Of a stretch of DNA of 64,000 nt, positions 46,501 through 54,148 are shown one piece after another. The notes under the pieces are model-generated. The model saw only the letters and a program-made list of their open reading frames with translations. It was not told where the DNA came from and did not search any database. The stretch's first letter is position 1. Each line of letters starts with the position of its first letter. A program made the position numbers and the translations under genes. The stretch spans positions 186,001 through 250,000 of the IMG/VR virus record IMGVR_UViG_3300005289_000016, one strand, 5' to 3'.

Positions 46501-47427
46501 CCTGAGGGTGGTGAGGCTGCTGATCCTGCATTGGCAGACGTTGATGCACCGGTTGACCCAGATGCTGATCCTGACGCGGCTCCAGAGGTTCCTGATCTGG
46601 ATGCTGAGCCAGGTGAACCTACTGATCCGGATCTGGACATTCCAGGACCAGACGCAGAGCCTGCTACTCCAGAGGCACCAGCAGAACCGGATGCTGACGC
46701 ACCGATCCCTGATGTAGAACCAGATGCTGAACCTGCACCTGAAGTCGACCTTGACGCCCCTGAGCCAGAGGCCGATGCAGCCGCTCCTGATGCAGAACCG
46801 GTTGATCCGGACACTGCTCCTCAGGATGGTGATGTAGAAGCTGTACCTGACACCACGCTGGGCGGTAACAACCTTGATGTAGCGGATCTGGATGCTGCGG
46901 ACACTGCTGCTGCTGAGGTTGATGCTGAGAACCCAGACTTGGCTCCTGAGCCACCTGTGGAAGAGACCGCTGATGCTGAACCTGCGGAGCTGGACATCCC
47001 TGACCCAGATGCTGAACCGACCGACCCTGTCGATCCAGAAGCGCCTGTAGAAGAGGAACCAGCTGAGGTTGATCCTGATGCCCCAGTGGTAGAAGACACT
47101 GATCCGATAGATCCGGATGCAGAGCCTACTGACCCCGTTGATCCTGACGTGGACCCAGTAGACCCTGTTGATCCAGTCGATCCTGATGCACCGGTTGAAG
47201 AACCAGAGCCTGAGGATGGATCTGATCCAGTAGAGCCTGCTCCTGAGGTAGATCCGGATGCCGATCCCGATGCTCCAGTAGTTGAGGAGGAAGAGGAGGA
47301 ATCCGAAGAGGATAAGGAAGCCAGCAAGAATAAGCGTAAAGCTGATGCGGCTATCAAAGCGCTGAAGCTCCCTAACGAAGGGGGCATTCTTGATGGACTG
47401 CCTGACAACCCTGCACCTAAGGTGTAA
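43522..47427 (+). CDS. portal-like protein (phiKZ gp129 type) with a long Asp/Pro-rich C-terminal extension
   Basis: About 890-aa globular part plus about 400-aa low-complexity tail; GAGG RBS. The portal call is from synteny and size, not from a sequence search. Confidence 0.65.
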   Translation: MTDEVRRFTRFATNRSIPNEVKAAISKLGADPHGPGNQRKNMRLPDGRVLAHVANTTIGNIRDARNLFQVLPDMDYARQIVNSATISPGDLTDTKVLYTIKDASMDSNLSGPLLRKVQEFFDNSYRIRPLLQPILNDVLFETGSYPILIMPESSIDRIINADNYGGVSMESAVETLDGHLRQETDDKGNYVPWGILGNSGNAPAKVDSYTGVSFESLSFGHDRTIGNWDGEVKVSNFKVSLEQLLVDVEENKEARTKLTEASTKLVKLVEGKGSTIQVTDNLSILKRPMVVDAKRKIAVRRIYGGKLHQRASLESRAQSGDKEAMRNLAAVERSMYQKRRYQHVPVQPLLTHAQTGMDTYGHPLVMHLPSESVIPIHVPGNPSEHVGYYVMLDIDGNPINIADQSSYIDDIRSQMNNVDSYASQIIQQARRGFDGSGGMQNEIVDELGKVYSDTVERDLLARLRSGALSGNYELGKTENINRMMFARHMKGQKTVMLFVPPEMMTYIAFDYNEFGVGKSVLEDGKILGSIRASIMLANTLATLNNAVGGKTIEIELDPEDEDPVSTVEFMLSEHAKVNSQGFSKIIGSTHPLGLADQIQNHGVNVVVSGNSRYPETKFNVNQREGQNKPVDADFEETMRRRHIQMFGLSPEVMEGINQTDFATTVVQNNLMLLKRVIQNQEKFEPFLTDFVRRYVLNSGIFLTEMRQLITDNKQYLPEHITQDPALSGDEGLQVDAFLYEFIEALCVGLPAPEVGDIKKSMDSFDAYSEALDKVIDAYLNEEMFAADTSIGMEELIPNIKAVVKAEFQRRWLRHNNVMPELDVFNTVTEEEGSPVFDLLEATVEHVDGLNNSISEYVKRVVKAAKRRAKVLEKIATEKADLETAKNSATDAATGGDGGLGDGTDPTLDADPNADPSLDGGDGMDFDTDPNADPDADPDLADPNADPDADPNADPMADLDADPDADPADPDAADPNADPAAELGDASDVATLDAPEGGEAADPALADVDAPVDPDADPDAAPEVPDLDAEPGEPTDPDLDIPGPDAEPATPEAPAEPDADAPIPDVEPDAEPAPEVDLDAPEPEADAAAPDAEPVDPDTAPQDGDVEAVPDTTLGGNNLDVADLDAADTAAAEVDAENPDLAPEPPVEETADAEPAELDIPDPDAEPTDPVDPEAPVEEEPAEVDPDAPVVEDTDPIDPDAEPTDPVDPDVDPVDPVDPVDPDAPVEEPEPEDGSDPVEPAPEVDPDADPDAPVVEEEEEESEEDKEASKNKRKADAAIKALKLPNEGGILDGLPDNPAPKV
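46200..47315 (+). repeat. coding low-complexity D/P/A/E repeat ending in EEEEEESEEDK
   Basis: Seen directly in the translation (DPDADP, PVDPD, EPTDP units). Confidence 0.85.
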
Positions 47428-47433
47428 CTGAAT

Positions 47434-47464
47434 AGGGAGGAGCCTTCGGGCTCCTTCTTATGTT
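47434..47464 (+). terminator. intrinsic terminator
   Basis: GGAGGAGCC-TTCG-GGCTCCTTC then TTATGTTG. Confidence 0.72.
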
Positions 47465-47613
47465 GTCTCTGTAATTTAATCCGAGTCGTCCTGATCCTCT
47501 GAGTAATTTCGAAATGCTATAAAAAGCATTGTCGGAGTGTAGCGGAGACAATGCGCTAGCGGAGGAGCGAAGCGACGACCTCTCTTATTCTTTATAGTGA
47601 ACTGGGGACAAGG

Positions 47614-47826
47614 ATGATTAACATCAACATCGTAGCTGACATCCTGTTACTCATTGCATTGGCCATCAGTGCTGGGTGCAGTGCGTGGGTAGATGGTTAC
47701 GTCAAACAAAAGAAACTAGAGGCTGTCACCGGAGCAGCTACCTTTGCCAGCACGTTACAGCTCCTCTTGTGTCTCATGCTCGTTGCCAAGATTGCAGTCC
47801 AGTTATCGCAAGGGGGTATCCGATGA
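47614..47826 (+). CDS. small two-TM membrane protein (70 aa)
   Basis: AAGGA RBS; two hydrophobic segments. Confidence 0.65.
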   Translation: MININIVADILLLIALAISAGCSAWVDGYVKQKKLEAVTGAATFASTLQLLLCLMLVAKIAVQLSQGGIR

Positions 47827-48038
47827 ACTCTATCGGCATGATCATCATGTTGGTATTCTGTTGTCTCATTCATCAGCACTTGGGTCGTTTAATCCGGTTG
47901 CTGAACTATACCCACATCCGAGAGGAGATGAGACCTCTGCGCGGGATACGGTTGGTGATGGCAGGGTTCATCATTACCTATGCTGTATTGCTGATTAGAC
48001 GTCATATCGACTTTGTTAACTTGGAATTCCTGTTATGA
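47823..48038 (+). CDS. small membrane protein (71 aa, start MNSIG)
   Basis: ATGA overlaps at both ends; hydrophobic. Confidence 0.62.
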   Translation: MNSIGMIIMLVFCCLIHQHLGRLIRLLNYTHIREEMRPLRGIRLVMAGFIITYAVLLIRRHIDFVNLEFLL

Positions 48039-48346
48039 GTGAAGCCGTCAAGCAAGAACTGAAGCGCATTGATGCTGAGATCGCTTACATCGACAAGATC
48101 ATGTTGGCTATCCGTGAAGCGGCTGAAGAGAAGCGCCGCACCATGCACACCAAGCACCTAGAGTTCTGCCCGGATTCTCATCAACTCATGGAGCGCTTGG
48201 AGATCAAACGGGATGGTCTTCGGTCACGGCGTAGAAAGACTGAGATCTTCGAGGACATGCCTGAACGAAGGGCTGCTCTACGAGGTATCGCCGGCGCCCC
48301 TGCTCCAGTAGACGAACCTCCAGCCTCCCATTTCGTCATTCTTTGA
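48035..48346 (+). CDS. hypothetical coiled-coil protein (103 aa)
   Basis: ATGA coupling; ORF track. Confidence 0.68.
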   Translation: MSEAVKQELKRIDAEIAYIDKIMLAIREAAEEKRRTMHTKHLEFCPDSHQLMERLEIKRDGLRSRRRKTEIFEDMPERRAALRGIAGAPAPVDEPPASHFVIL

Positions 48347-48598
48347 ATTCTACTCAAAAGAATCTTGGCCCTACATCACTCTAGTGTCAACGATCGTTGC
48401 GATGTCTGTTGACACCCACAATGCACAGTAAACCGGAGCAAGTGGTAAATAAATACTACGTCAGGTAATGATGTAGGAGAAGGTACCAGTCTCCGAAGGC
48501 AGCATCAGGCGCGCGGTCTGGCAATAGCCACCGCCCCTGACTGCCAATATGCCGTCGTGCAAAATCGTTCCTCTATCAGACACTATGGGAAGACCATT

Positions 48599-48793
48599 AT
48601 GGTAAATGCCGTAGAACCACGTCGCCGTAGCAGTGATCAGATTGTCGACACCATTTATGATGATCACTTGAAAGAAATGGAGATCAATAGCCCCGCAGCC
48701 CTCTCCCTTGTAAGACGGCTGTTGCAGGACTCTGTAGTCTTTCCAGTGACCTCCCCTAACCGTTACGGTAAACCGCTGCAACCAACGACGTAG
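48599..48793 (+). CDS. possible small protein (64 aa, MVNAVEPRR...)
   Basis: In-frame ATG within the 78-aa track ORF; weak RBS. Confidence 0.4.
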   Translation: MVNAVEPRRRSSDQIVDTIYDDHLKEMEINSPAALSLVRRLLQDSVVFPVTSPNRYGKPLQPTT

Positions 48794-48955
48794 GCCCTAC
48801 CCGTTCTAATCACACGCTAGACTCGTTAACGCAGTCTCCTTTTAGCGATACCCCAGTCACCTGCCATGTTGCGGGTCTACTCCCCATCTCCTAAAAGAGG
48901 ATGATGGGGAGTAGGGGTATGTCTCTTTCACCCACAATAAACTAGGAGTAACACA

Positions 48956-49609
48956 GTGCACGTCAACCTTTATACCGACACGGAGTTCAACAGTGGAGGC
49001 GGTAAGCTGCTCTCTGCTGCTATGGTGAGCAGTCAAGGCCATCGTTGGTACGAGGCGATCCACCTGCCGGAAGATGTGAAGCTGGACTACTGGCCCAAGC
49101 ATCACGTGATCCCGGTACTGGGCAAGGCACAGATCACCCGGGATGCGATGTTGGAATCCCTGCTTCAGTTCCTCTGCCAGTTCGACAGTGTCACACTGGT
49201 GATCGACAACAACACTGACGCTAACCACTTCGCCAAGCTGTTTGAAGAAGTCAAAGCACCTGTGTTGATCGACATGTTGTTTGTTCGTCCTACCAAGGCG
49301 GTCAAGCACGTGTCCAAAGTCCCACACAACGCTCTCAGCGACGCTTACGGCTTGATGGAAGCGGTACTGGGGTCAACGGTGGTCGATCAACGTGGCGTCT
49401 CACCACGGGCCGTTTATACGGCTCTTGAACAACGTCGTCTGGGTCTCAATGTCATCAACAGCGAATTCAAGTTCGTGGACCTTGATGCCAACGGCGATGT
49501 CATCGTAGAAGTCTTCCCTGTGAAGACCAGCAACCGCACCACAGTAGATCGTTGGACCGATAACTACAATCACGCTATCGGTTCGATCCTGCTCACCCTA
49601 CCCGCATAA
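48956..49609 (+). CDS. DEDDh 3'-5' exonuclease/exoribonuclease
   Basis: YTDTEF, NTDANHF and HNALSDA motifs; AGGAG RBS with a GTG start. Confidence 0.8.
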   Translation: MHVNLYTDTEFNSGGGKLLSAAMVSSQGHRWYEAIHLPEDVKLDYWPKHHVIPVLGKAQITRDAMLESLLQFLCQFDSVTLVIDNNTDANHFAKLFEEVKAPVLIDMLFVRPTKAVKHVSKVPHNALSDAYGLMEAVLGSTVVDQRGVSPRAVYTALEQRRLGLNVINSEFKFVDLDANGDVIVEVFPVKTSNRTTVDRWTDNYNHAIGSILLTLPA

Positions 49610-49627
49610 CCACCTCGGAGCACCATC

Positions 49628-50347
49628 ATGCAAAACCCAGAAGCAATCACCACTCGCGTCGACCTCGTTGCCCAACCACCCTTCAAGAAGCAGCCTCCAT
49701 CGCTTCCTCGCATTAACTACGACCAGACCCTGTACTCGCTGCATGTACAGTTCGAATGGCAAGGTTACTGTGTGCGCTTTATCGGCTACCTGTCGCCGGG
49801 TACCCAGTACACCAACCAACGCAAACTCGATCCAGCCATCAACCTGATCCTGACCCGCCTGATCGTCAATGACAAGGCCGGGAAATTCATCGAGGGATTC
49901 AATGAAGATGCTCCGCTGATGAAAGCATGGAACGGTGACAAGCTGGTGTCAGTCGGTCAGATGTGCGATGAGCTGGGCATCGGTGACGAGCACATCAACA
50001 TCTTCCTGCAACCGGGCAATCTCAGCGGTTGGGGTCTGAGCAAAGACTACGAGGACACTCCAGAACACAACGCCTTGGTCGAATTGCATGAGCAGGTAAT
50101 CCCTCTCATGTTCAAATGCGGTCTGGGTGCAGTGAAGCTGCGGTGTGAAGACGGGCAGGTGGCGTTACTGGACATGTACCCTCTGGGTCTGTCTCAAGGC
50201 GACATGCCAGGGTTCTGCAAAGCCATGGTAAAGCTGGCGGGTAAACGTAATCTCACCATCCGTGCACATGGCGCTGGTGGTTCGACCTTCAAGCTGAACG
50301 AAGGCGAAAACCAGATCGTTCAGACATTCGCATCCTTCGCGATGTGA
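49628..50347 (+). CDS. hypothetical protein (239 aa)
   Basis: GGAG RBS. Confidence 0.75.
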   Translation: MQNPEAITTRVDLVAQPPFKKQPPSLPRINYDQTLYSLHVQFEWQGYCVRFIGYLSPGTQYTNQRKLDPAINLILTRLIVNDKAGKFIEGFNEDAPLMKAWNGDKLVSVGQMCDELGIGDEHINIFLQPGNLSGWGLSKDYEDTPEHNALVELHEQVIPLMFKCGLGAVKLRCEDGQVALLDMYPLGLSQGDMPGFCKAMVKLAGKRNLTIRAHGAGGSTFKLNEGENQIVQTFASFAM

Positions 50348-50390
50348 CATAAAGGCCTAGGGGTAATCCCCTAGGCTTCTTTTTTCTTTG
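50347..50390 (+). terminator. intrinsic terminator
   Basis: GCCTAGGGG-TAAT-CCCCTAGGC plus a T tract. Confidence 0.78.
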
Positions 50391-50398
50391 TTTAAATG

Positions 50399-50425
50399 CG
50401 ATTCGAATTTATTTCAACAATACAT
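50399..50425 (+). promoter_or_regulatory. putative phage promoter, copy 3
   Basis: CGATTCGAATTTATTTCAACAATACAT. Confidence 0.65.
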
Positions 50426-50486
50426 AGTTACAGTGAGCAAGGAGAATAATCTACCTGCCAATACTAACCTTGTAAGGAGTTACACC

Positions 50487-51044
50487 ATGGAAGCTAAACA
50501 AGCCGCTGTTCTGGGTGCCGGTGCTGTTGCAGTTGCTGGCCTGGGCTGGATGACCAAGCGCTTCTTGCAGAAGCGTGCAATCAAGAAAGCCATCACTCCT
50601 GCGGTAGTAGAGACTGCCAAGGACGCTGTAGACATGTCCCGCCTCAATGCAAACAACCAGCTGATCGCTACGCTCAAACAAGCTGCTGCCAAGAAAGCAG
50701 CCGACATGAGCCCGCTGGAGAAATGCTTCGATGCCTGGTACACCCGTATCGACACCCTGCTGGATTTCGATCCACGCTGGAAGAATGGCACCGGTTACTT
50801 CAACGGCGCTATGACTGTCGGTCTGGCCAATGGCAACATGGCGAAAGCCACTGGTGATTGTGGTCGTCGTCTGATCATGATCGGTACTGAGCACGGCACC
50901 GCTGTGTTCTTCGAGCGCTACACTCTGGGCCATGGTCCATTCGTAGTCGTTCACAACACTGCCAGTCAGTTCCGGGAAGAACTCCCGAACGGCAGCCTGA
51001 GCGTTGAGCAATTCAACGACTTCCTCACCAAGCACATGAAGTAA
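50487..51044 (+). CDS. N-terminally membrane-anchored protein (185 aa)
   Basis: AAGGAG RBS; AAVLGAGAVAVAGLGW then a basic stretch. Confidence 0.78.
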   Translation: MEAKQAAVLGAGAVAVAGLGWMTKRFLQKRAIKKAITPAVVETAKDAVDMSRLNANNQLIATLKQAAAKKAADMSPLEKCFDAWYTRIDTLLDFDPRWKNGTGYFNGAMTVGLANGNMAKATGDCGRRLIMIGTEHGTAVFFERYTLGHGPFVVVHNTASQFREELPNGSLSVEQFNDFLTKHMK

Positions 51045-51053
51045 GGAGAGTTC

Positions 51054-51161
51054 ATGAAGAACATCCTCATCAGTGTGGCAACCATCCTTGCCATCCGGGT
51101 TGCAGTAGACGTCTACTGCACTTCCAGCTTCCGCAAGAAGCTGCTGGCCCGTAACTCTTAA
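51054..51161 (+). CDS. hydrophobic microprotein (35 aa, not in the track)
   Basis: AAGGAGAG RBS; MKNILISVATILAIRVAVDVYCTSSFRKKLLARNS. Confidence 0.65.
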   Translation: MKNILISVATILAIRVAVDVYCTSSFRKKLLARNS

Positions 51162-51203
51162 TAACCTCGGGGGTGGCAACACCCCCAACCCAGGAGAAAC
51201 AAC

Positions 51204-51320
51204 ATGCGTGAATTTCTTATCGCTGCTGCTGTAATCGTGACTGTCAAAGTCGTCGTTCATGTATCGCTCAATGCGATCGCCCGCAAGTGCTTCGAAACCC
51301 AAGCACCGGCATCCCGCTAG
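51204..51320 (+). CDS. hydrophobic microprotein (38 aa, not in the track)
   Basis: AGGAGA RBS; MREFLIAAAVIVTVKVVVHVSLNAIARKCFETQAPASR. Confidence 0.65.
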   Translation: MREFLIAAAVIVTVKVVVHVSLNAIARKCFETQAPASR

Positions 51321-51399
51321 TTGTATCAATCTGGAGGCTCTTCATCGAGAGCCTCTACATGATCCAATTACCCTACCCAGTATCATCGGAGATACAACC

Positions 51400-51942
51400 A
51401 TGAAAGTATTCACCTACAACCCTACCGCTGCATGCGTCTCCCTGTCCCGCGTTGGTAAAGTCCGCGGTCTGACCGTGGAGTTCTCCCGGGGTAACGATGT
51501 AACCTTCCGTCGTCATGGTGCCGGTTACGAGCTGACTCGTATCAACCAAGACTACAGCTTCAACCTCTTCATGTTCACCAGCTCTGTTGATGAGTTGACT
51601 CATGACGAGAACGTGATGTTGGTTGCAGCGATGCTGTGCCTGAACATCCATCAAGTAAAAGTGGGCTCCGAGCTGATCACCCTGGGTTCACCTACTGGTG
51701 TCATCCACACGATCATCATCGACAGCCCAACCCCACAACCAGTGCGTCATGCATCTGGCTGGGACAAGGCTAAAGAGTTCGGCGTAAGCGGTCACCGCAA
51801 AGCTGAGTCTCCTCGCCACACCCGTACCGCTGTAGAACCACTCCCATTGCCGAAGACCAAGAAAGGTTGGTTGGCACTGGGCGCTGTAGCTGCGCTTACT
51901 GTGGGTGCAATCGTACTCGCCGCAGCCGTAACTGAAGAATAA
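51400..51942 (+). CDS. tail-anchored membrane protein (180 aa)
   Basis: GGAGA RBS; C-terminal TM helix WLALGAVAALTVGAIVLAAAV. Confidence 0.72.
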   Translation: MKVFTYNPTAACVSLSRVGKVRGLTVEFSRGNDVTFRRHGAGYELTRINQDYSFNLFMFTSSVDELTHDENVMLVAAMLCLNIHQVKVGSELITLGSPTGVIHTIIIDSPTPQPVRHASGWDKAKEFGVSGHRKAESPRHTRTAVEPLPLPKTKKGWLALGAVAALTVGAIVLAAAVTEE

Positions 51943-51967
51943 CTAACCCGCACCTAGGAGTCGCAAC

Positions 51968-52348
51968 ATGTCTCAAGTAATGACCGTAAACCAGATCCGC
52001 ATCCAACTGGCTGTCCGTACCGCATGGGAAGACAAGATCCATGGTGGCGTATCGAAATGCATGCAACAGATCAGCGCAAGCTTTGCTCGCAAGATCAAAG
52101 GTGAAAGCGACATGACCTTCCGCCATAAGGCGCTGGGTGAGATCGTCAAACGCCTGAATATCAACAGCATCCCTAAGGACGCCAAGCATGCCTTGGCTGC
52201 CCTGGATGTCTGCGACAAGCTGCCACGTGAAATCATCGGCAACAAGCTCGATGGTATCGCGTTCAACAGCGACGAGATGGCCATGAAGCTGGCTGACATC
52301 GCCTGGGAAGAAGGCGCTAAGCACGGCCTCGAACCACACGTCTACTAA
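51968..52348 (+). CDS. hypothetical protein (126 aa)
   Basis: AGGAG RBS. Confidence 0.75.
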   Translation: MSQVMTVNQIRIQLAVRTAWEDKIHGGVSKCMQQISASFARKIKGESDMTFRHKALGEIVKRLNINSIPKDAKHALAALDVCDKLPREIIGNKLDGIAFNSDEMAMKLADIAWEEGAKHGLEPHVY

Positions 52349-52359
52349 GGACTGCCACC

Positions 52360-52572
52360 ATGTGCAACAAATGCAGACCCCCTGTTACTGCCGCGTACTT
52401 CATCGACGACAAAGGTAACAAACGCGACATCAGCGAGCTCTCGCAAGTCATCGACGAGGTGGTGTTCCCTAAGCCGACTCCCGAACAGGCAAAAGCGTTC
52501 GAAGAGTTCTACGAGGCCATGAAGGACCATCCACCGACACACGTTTACGCGTTGGATATACCCGACGAGTAA
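52360..52572 (+). CDS. hypothetical protein (70 aa)
   Basis: AAGGA RBS. Confidence 0.68.
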   Translation: MCNKCRPPVTAAYFIDDKGNKRDISELSQVIDEVVFPKPTPEQAKAFEEFYEAMKDHPPTHVYALDIPDE

Positions 52573-52580
52573 CACCATTA

Positions 52581-52611
52581 AGAAAAGAGCCTTCGGGTTC
52601 TTTTCTTTTTC
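52581..52611 (+). terminator. intrinsic terminator
   Basis: AGAAAAGAGCC-TTCG-GGTTCTTTTCT plus a T tract. Confidence 0.72.
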
Positions 52612-52628
52612 TAACCAAGGGAATCAAC

Positions 52629-53369
52629 ATGAAACCAGAACGCTTGATCGTAGAGTGCCGAGGCAATCAAATCGGTCTCGAAGAACGCCTCCTCATGCAG
52701 CATGCTGAGGCCCACGACATCCCGGTGAAGATCTATTACGAGAAGCACATGGCTCGTAACCAGATCCCACTGTCATCCACTGATCTGGTAGCGGGGAGTG
52801 TCCCTTTCATCAAGCATGCATTGCGTCAGTTCGGAAAGGAATTGCCTCCTGAGGATTCTTACCCTGAATGTTTGCACCATCACCTGCACCGAAAGGTTGC
52901 AAAGATGGATACGCTGCGAGATGCAAAGAACCTGATCGACGATGTCGGCTCGCACTTTGTTAAACCCGTCACCCTGAAACGTTTCACAGGCTTTGTCACC
53001 TGCGACTCCATGGACCCTCGATTCAATGGGGCGTCGGATAAAATGCCAGTGTGGGTAGGTAAGGTAGTTGAGTTCGTCAGCGAATGGCGATGCTACGTGG
53101 CTAACGGTTGCCTGCTCGATATACGTTTTGCCGATCATGGCGGGGATCGTAAGATCAAGCCTAACCGCGGCATCATCCTAGATGCTGTACGTGACCTGAC
53201 AGAGTGCGCAGCGCCTGCCGGTTACGCGGTGGACTTCGGTGTACTGTCTACTGGGCAGACTGCTCTGGTTGAACTCAACGATGGATTCTCCATCGGTGCG
53301 TACGATGGCATTGAACCTGGCATCTATTGGGAAGTCATCCAAGCCCGTTGGCAAGAGCTGATTGGCTAA
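52629..53369 (+). CDS. ATP-grasp domain protein (DUF4343/R2K-like)
   Basis: FVKP...KRFTG, VEFVSEWRCYV and AVDFG...LVELND motifs. Confidence 0.78.
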   Translation: MKPERLIVECRGNQIGLEERLLMQHAEAHDIPVKIYYEKHMARNQIPLSSTDLVAGSVPFIKHALRQFGKELPPEDSYPECLHHHLHRKVAKMDTLRDAKNLIDDVGSHFVKPVTLKRFTGFVTCDSMDPRFNGASDKMPVWVGKVVEFVSEWRCYVANGCLLDIRFADHGGDRKIKPNRGIILDAVRDLTECAAPAGYAVDFGVLSTGQTALVELNDGFSIGAYDGIEPGIYWEVIQARWQELIG

Positions 53370-53370
53370 G

Positions 53371-53420
53371 CGGCATAAGAGGGAGCCCTAGGGCTCCCTC
53401 TCACGTCTTTCTTTTTTCTT
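53371..53420. terminator. bidirectional terminator
   Basis: CGGCATA, then GAGGGAGCCC-TA-GGGCTCCCTC and a T tract, between convergent genes. Confidence 0.78.
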
Positions 53421-53422
53421 TG

Positions 53423-54148
53423 TTACGCCACCCGAAGGTTGTTCGGGTGCAGGCCGTCCACGTACTTCTGAGCCACCTTGGCAGCAGCTTCAGCTTTGGT
53501 GATCAGACCATCGCGGTTGGCATCCAGGCCCTTGTTCTGAAGGTAGGCCTTGGTCTTGGTGTTCGCTTCACTGAACAGCACGTAGTCTTCAGGCTTGCCC
53601 ACAGCAGTAGGTAGAAGTATCCTCATGTAGATGTCACTGAGGGTCTTCAACTTGCCAGTGTACGGCTTGAAGAAGTTGTAGACGTAGTCGAGTTGTTGCT
53701 CGGCAGTCATCTTCAGCAACGCAGGGAGCGAGGTCTTCGAATCCTTCGCTGCCGCAGCGCCGAACTGAATCAGACCGTAGTACGGAGCACCTGCACCGTT
53801 GGCCACGGTAGGACTGAAGGTACCACCGGTCTCGAACGCCATGCAAGACATCAGCGTATCGGTACCGTCCCATGGCAAGGCCAGATCGGTAGCGATCTTG
53901 TTGGTCTTGCGCAGGAACTCATCGGAGACCTTGGCAGACCACGCAGGAGCCTTGCAGTAAGCGAACAGGGTCGCATTGATACCATCGGCAGCCGTCGATG
54001 GCTTCGACATGTTCACGGCCTTACGGCGAGCGTTCAGGAAGGCACCGTGGGATGCCCCACCCCAGATACCGTCGATGACGCCAGCGTAGAAACCCAGCGC
54101 TTTGAGGTTACGCTGAAGTTCCTTCAGTTGTTCTTTAGTTGCCGCCAT
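53423..54148 (-). CDS. modular endolysin (N-terminal peptidoglycan-binding domain plus lysozyme/transglycosylase-like domain)
   Basis: LQRNLKALGFYAGVIDGIWG (PG_binding_1); MAFETGGTFSP...GLIQF; EF-hand-like DANRDGLITKAE. Confidence 0.85.
   Translation of the reverse strand: MAATKEQLKELQRNLKALGFYAGVIDGIWGGASHGAFLNARRKAVNMSKPSTAADGINATLFAYCKAPAWSAKVSDEFLRKTNKIATDLALPWDGTDTLMSCMAFETGGTFSPTVANGAGAPYYGLIQFGAAAAKDSKTSLPALLKMTAEQQLDYVYNFFKPYTGKLKTLSDIYMRILLPTAVGKPEDYVLFSEANTKTKAYLQNKGLDANRDGLITKAEAAAKVAQKYVDGLHPNNLRVA

Noticed and set aside
47526-47570. Hairpin with several CGGAG motifs as an RsmA/CsrA-sponge sRNA
   Set aside because: Only 3-4 GGA motifs, mostly not in typical ANGGA hairpin loops; too weak to call.
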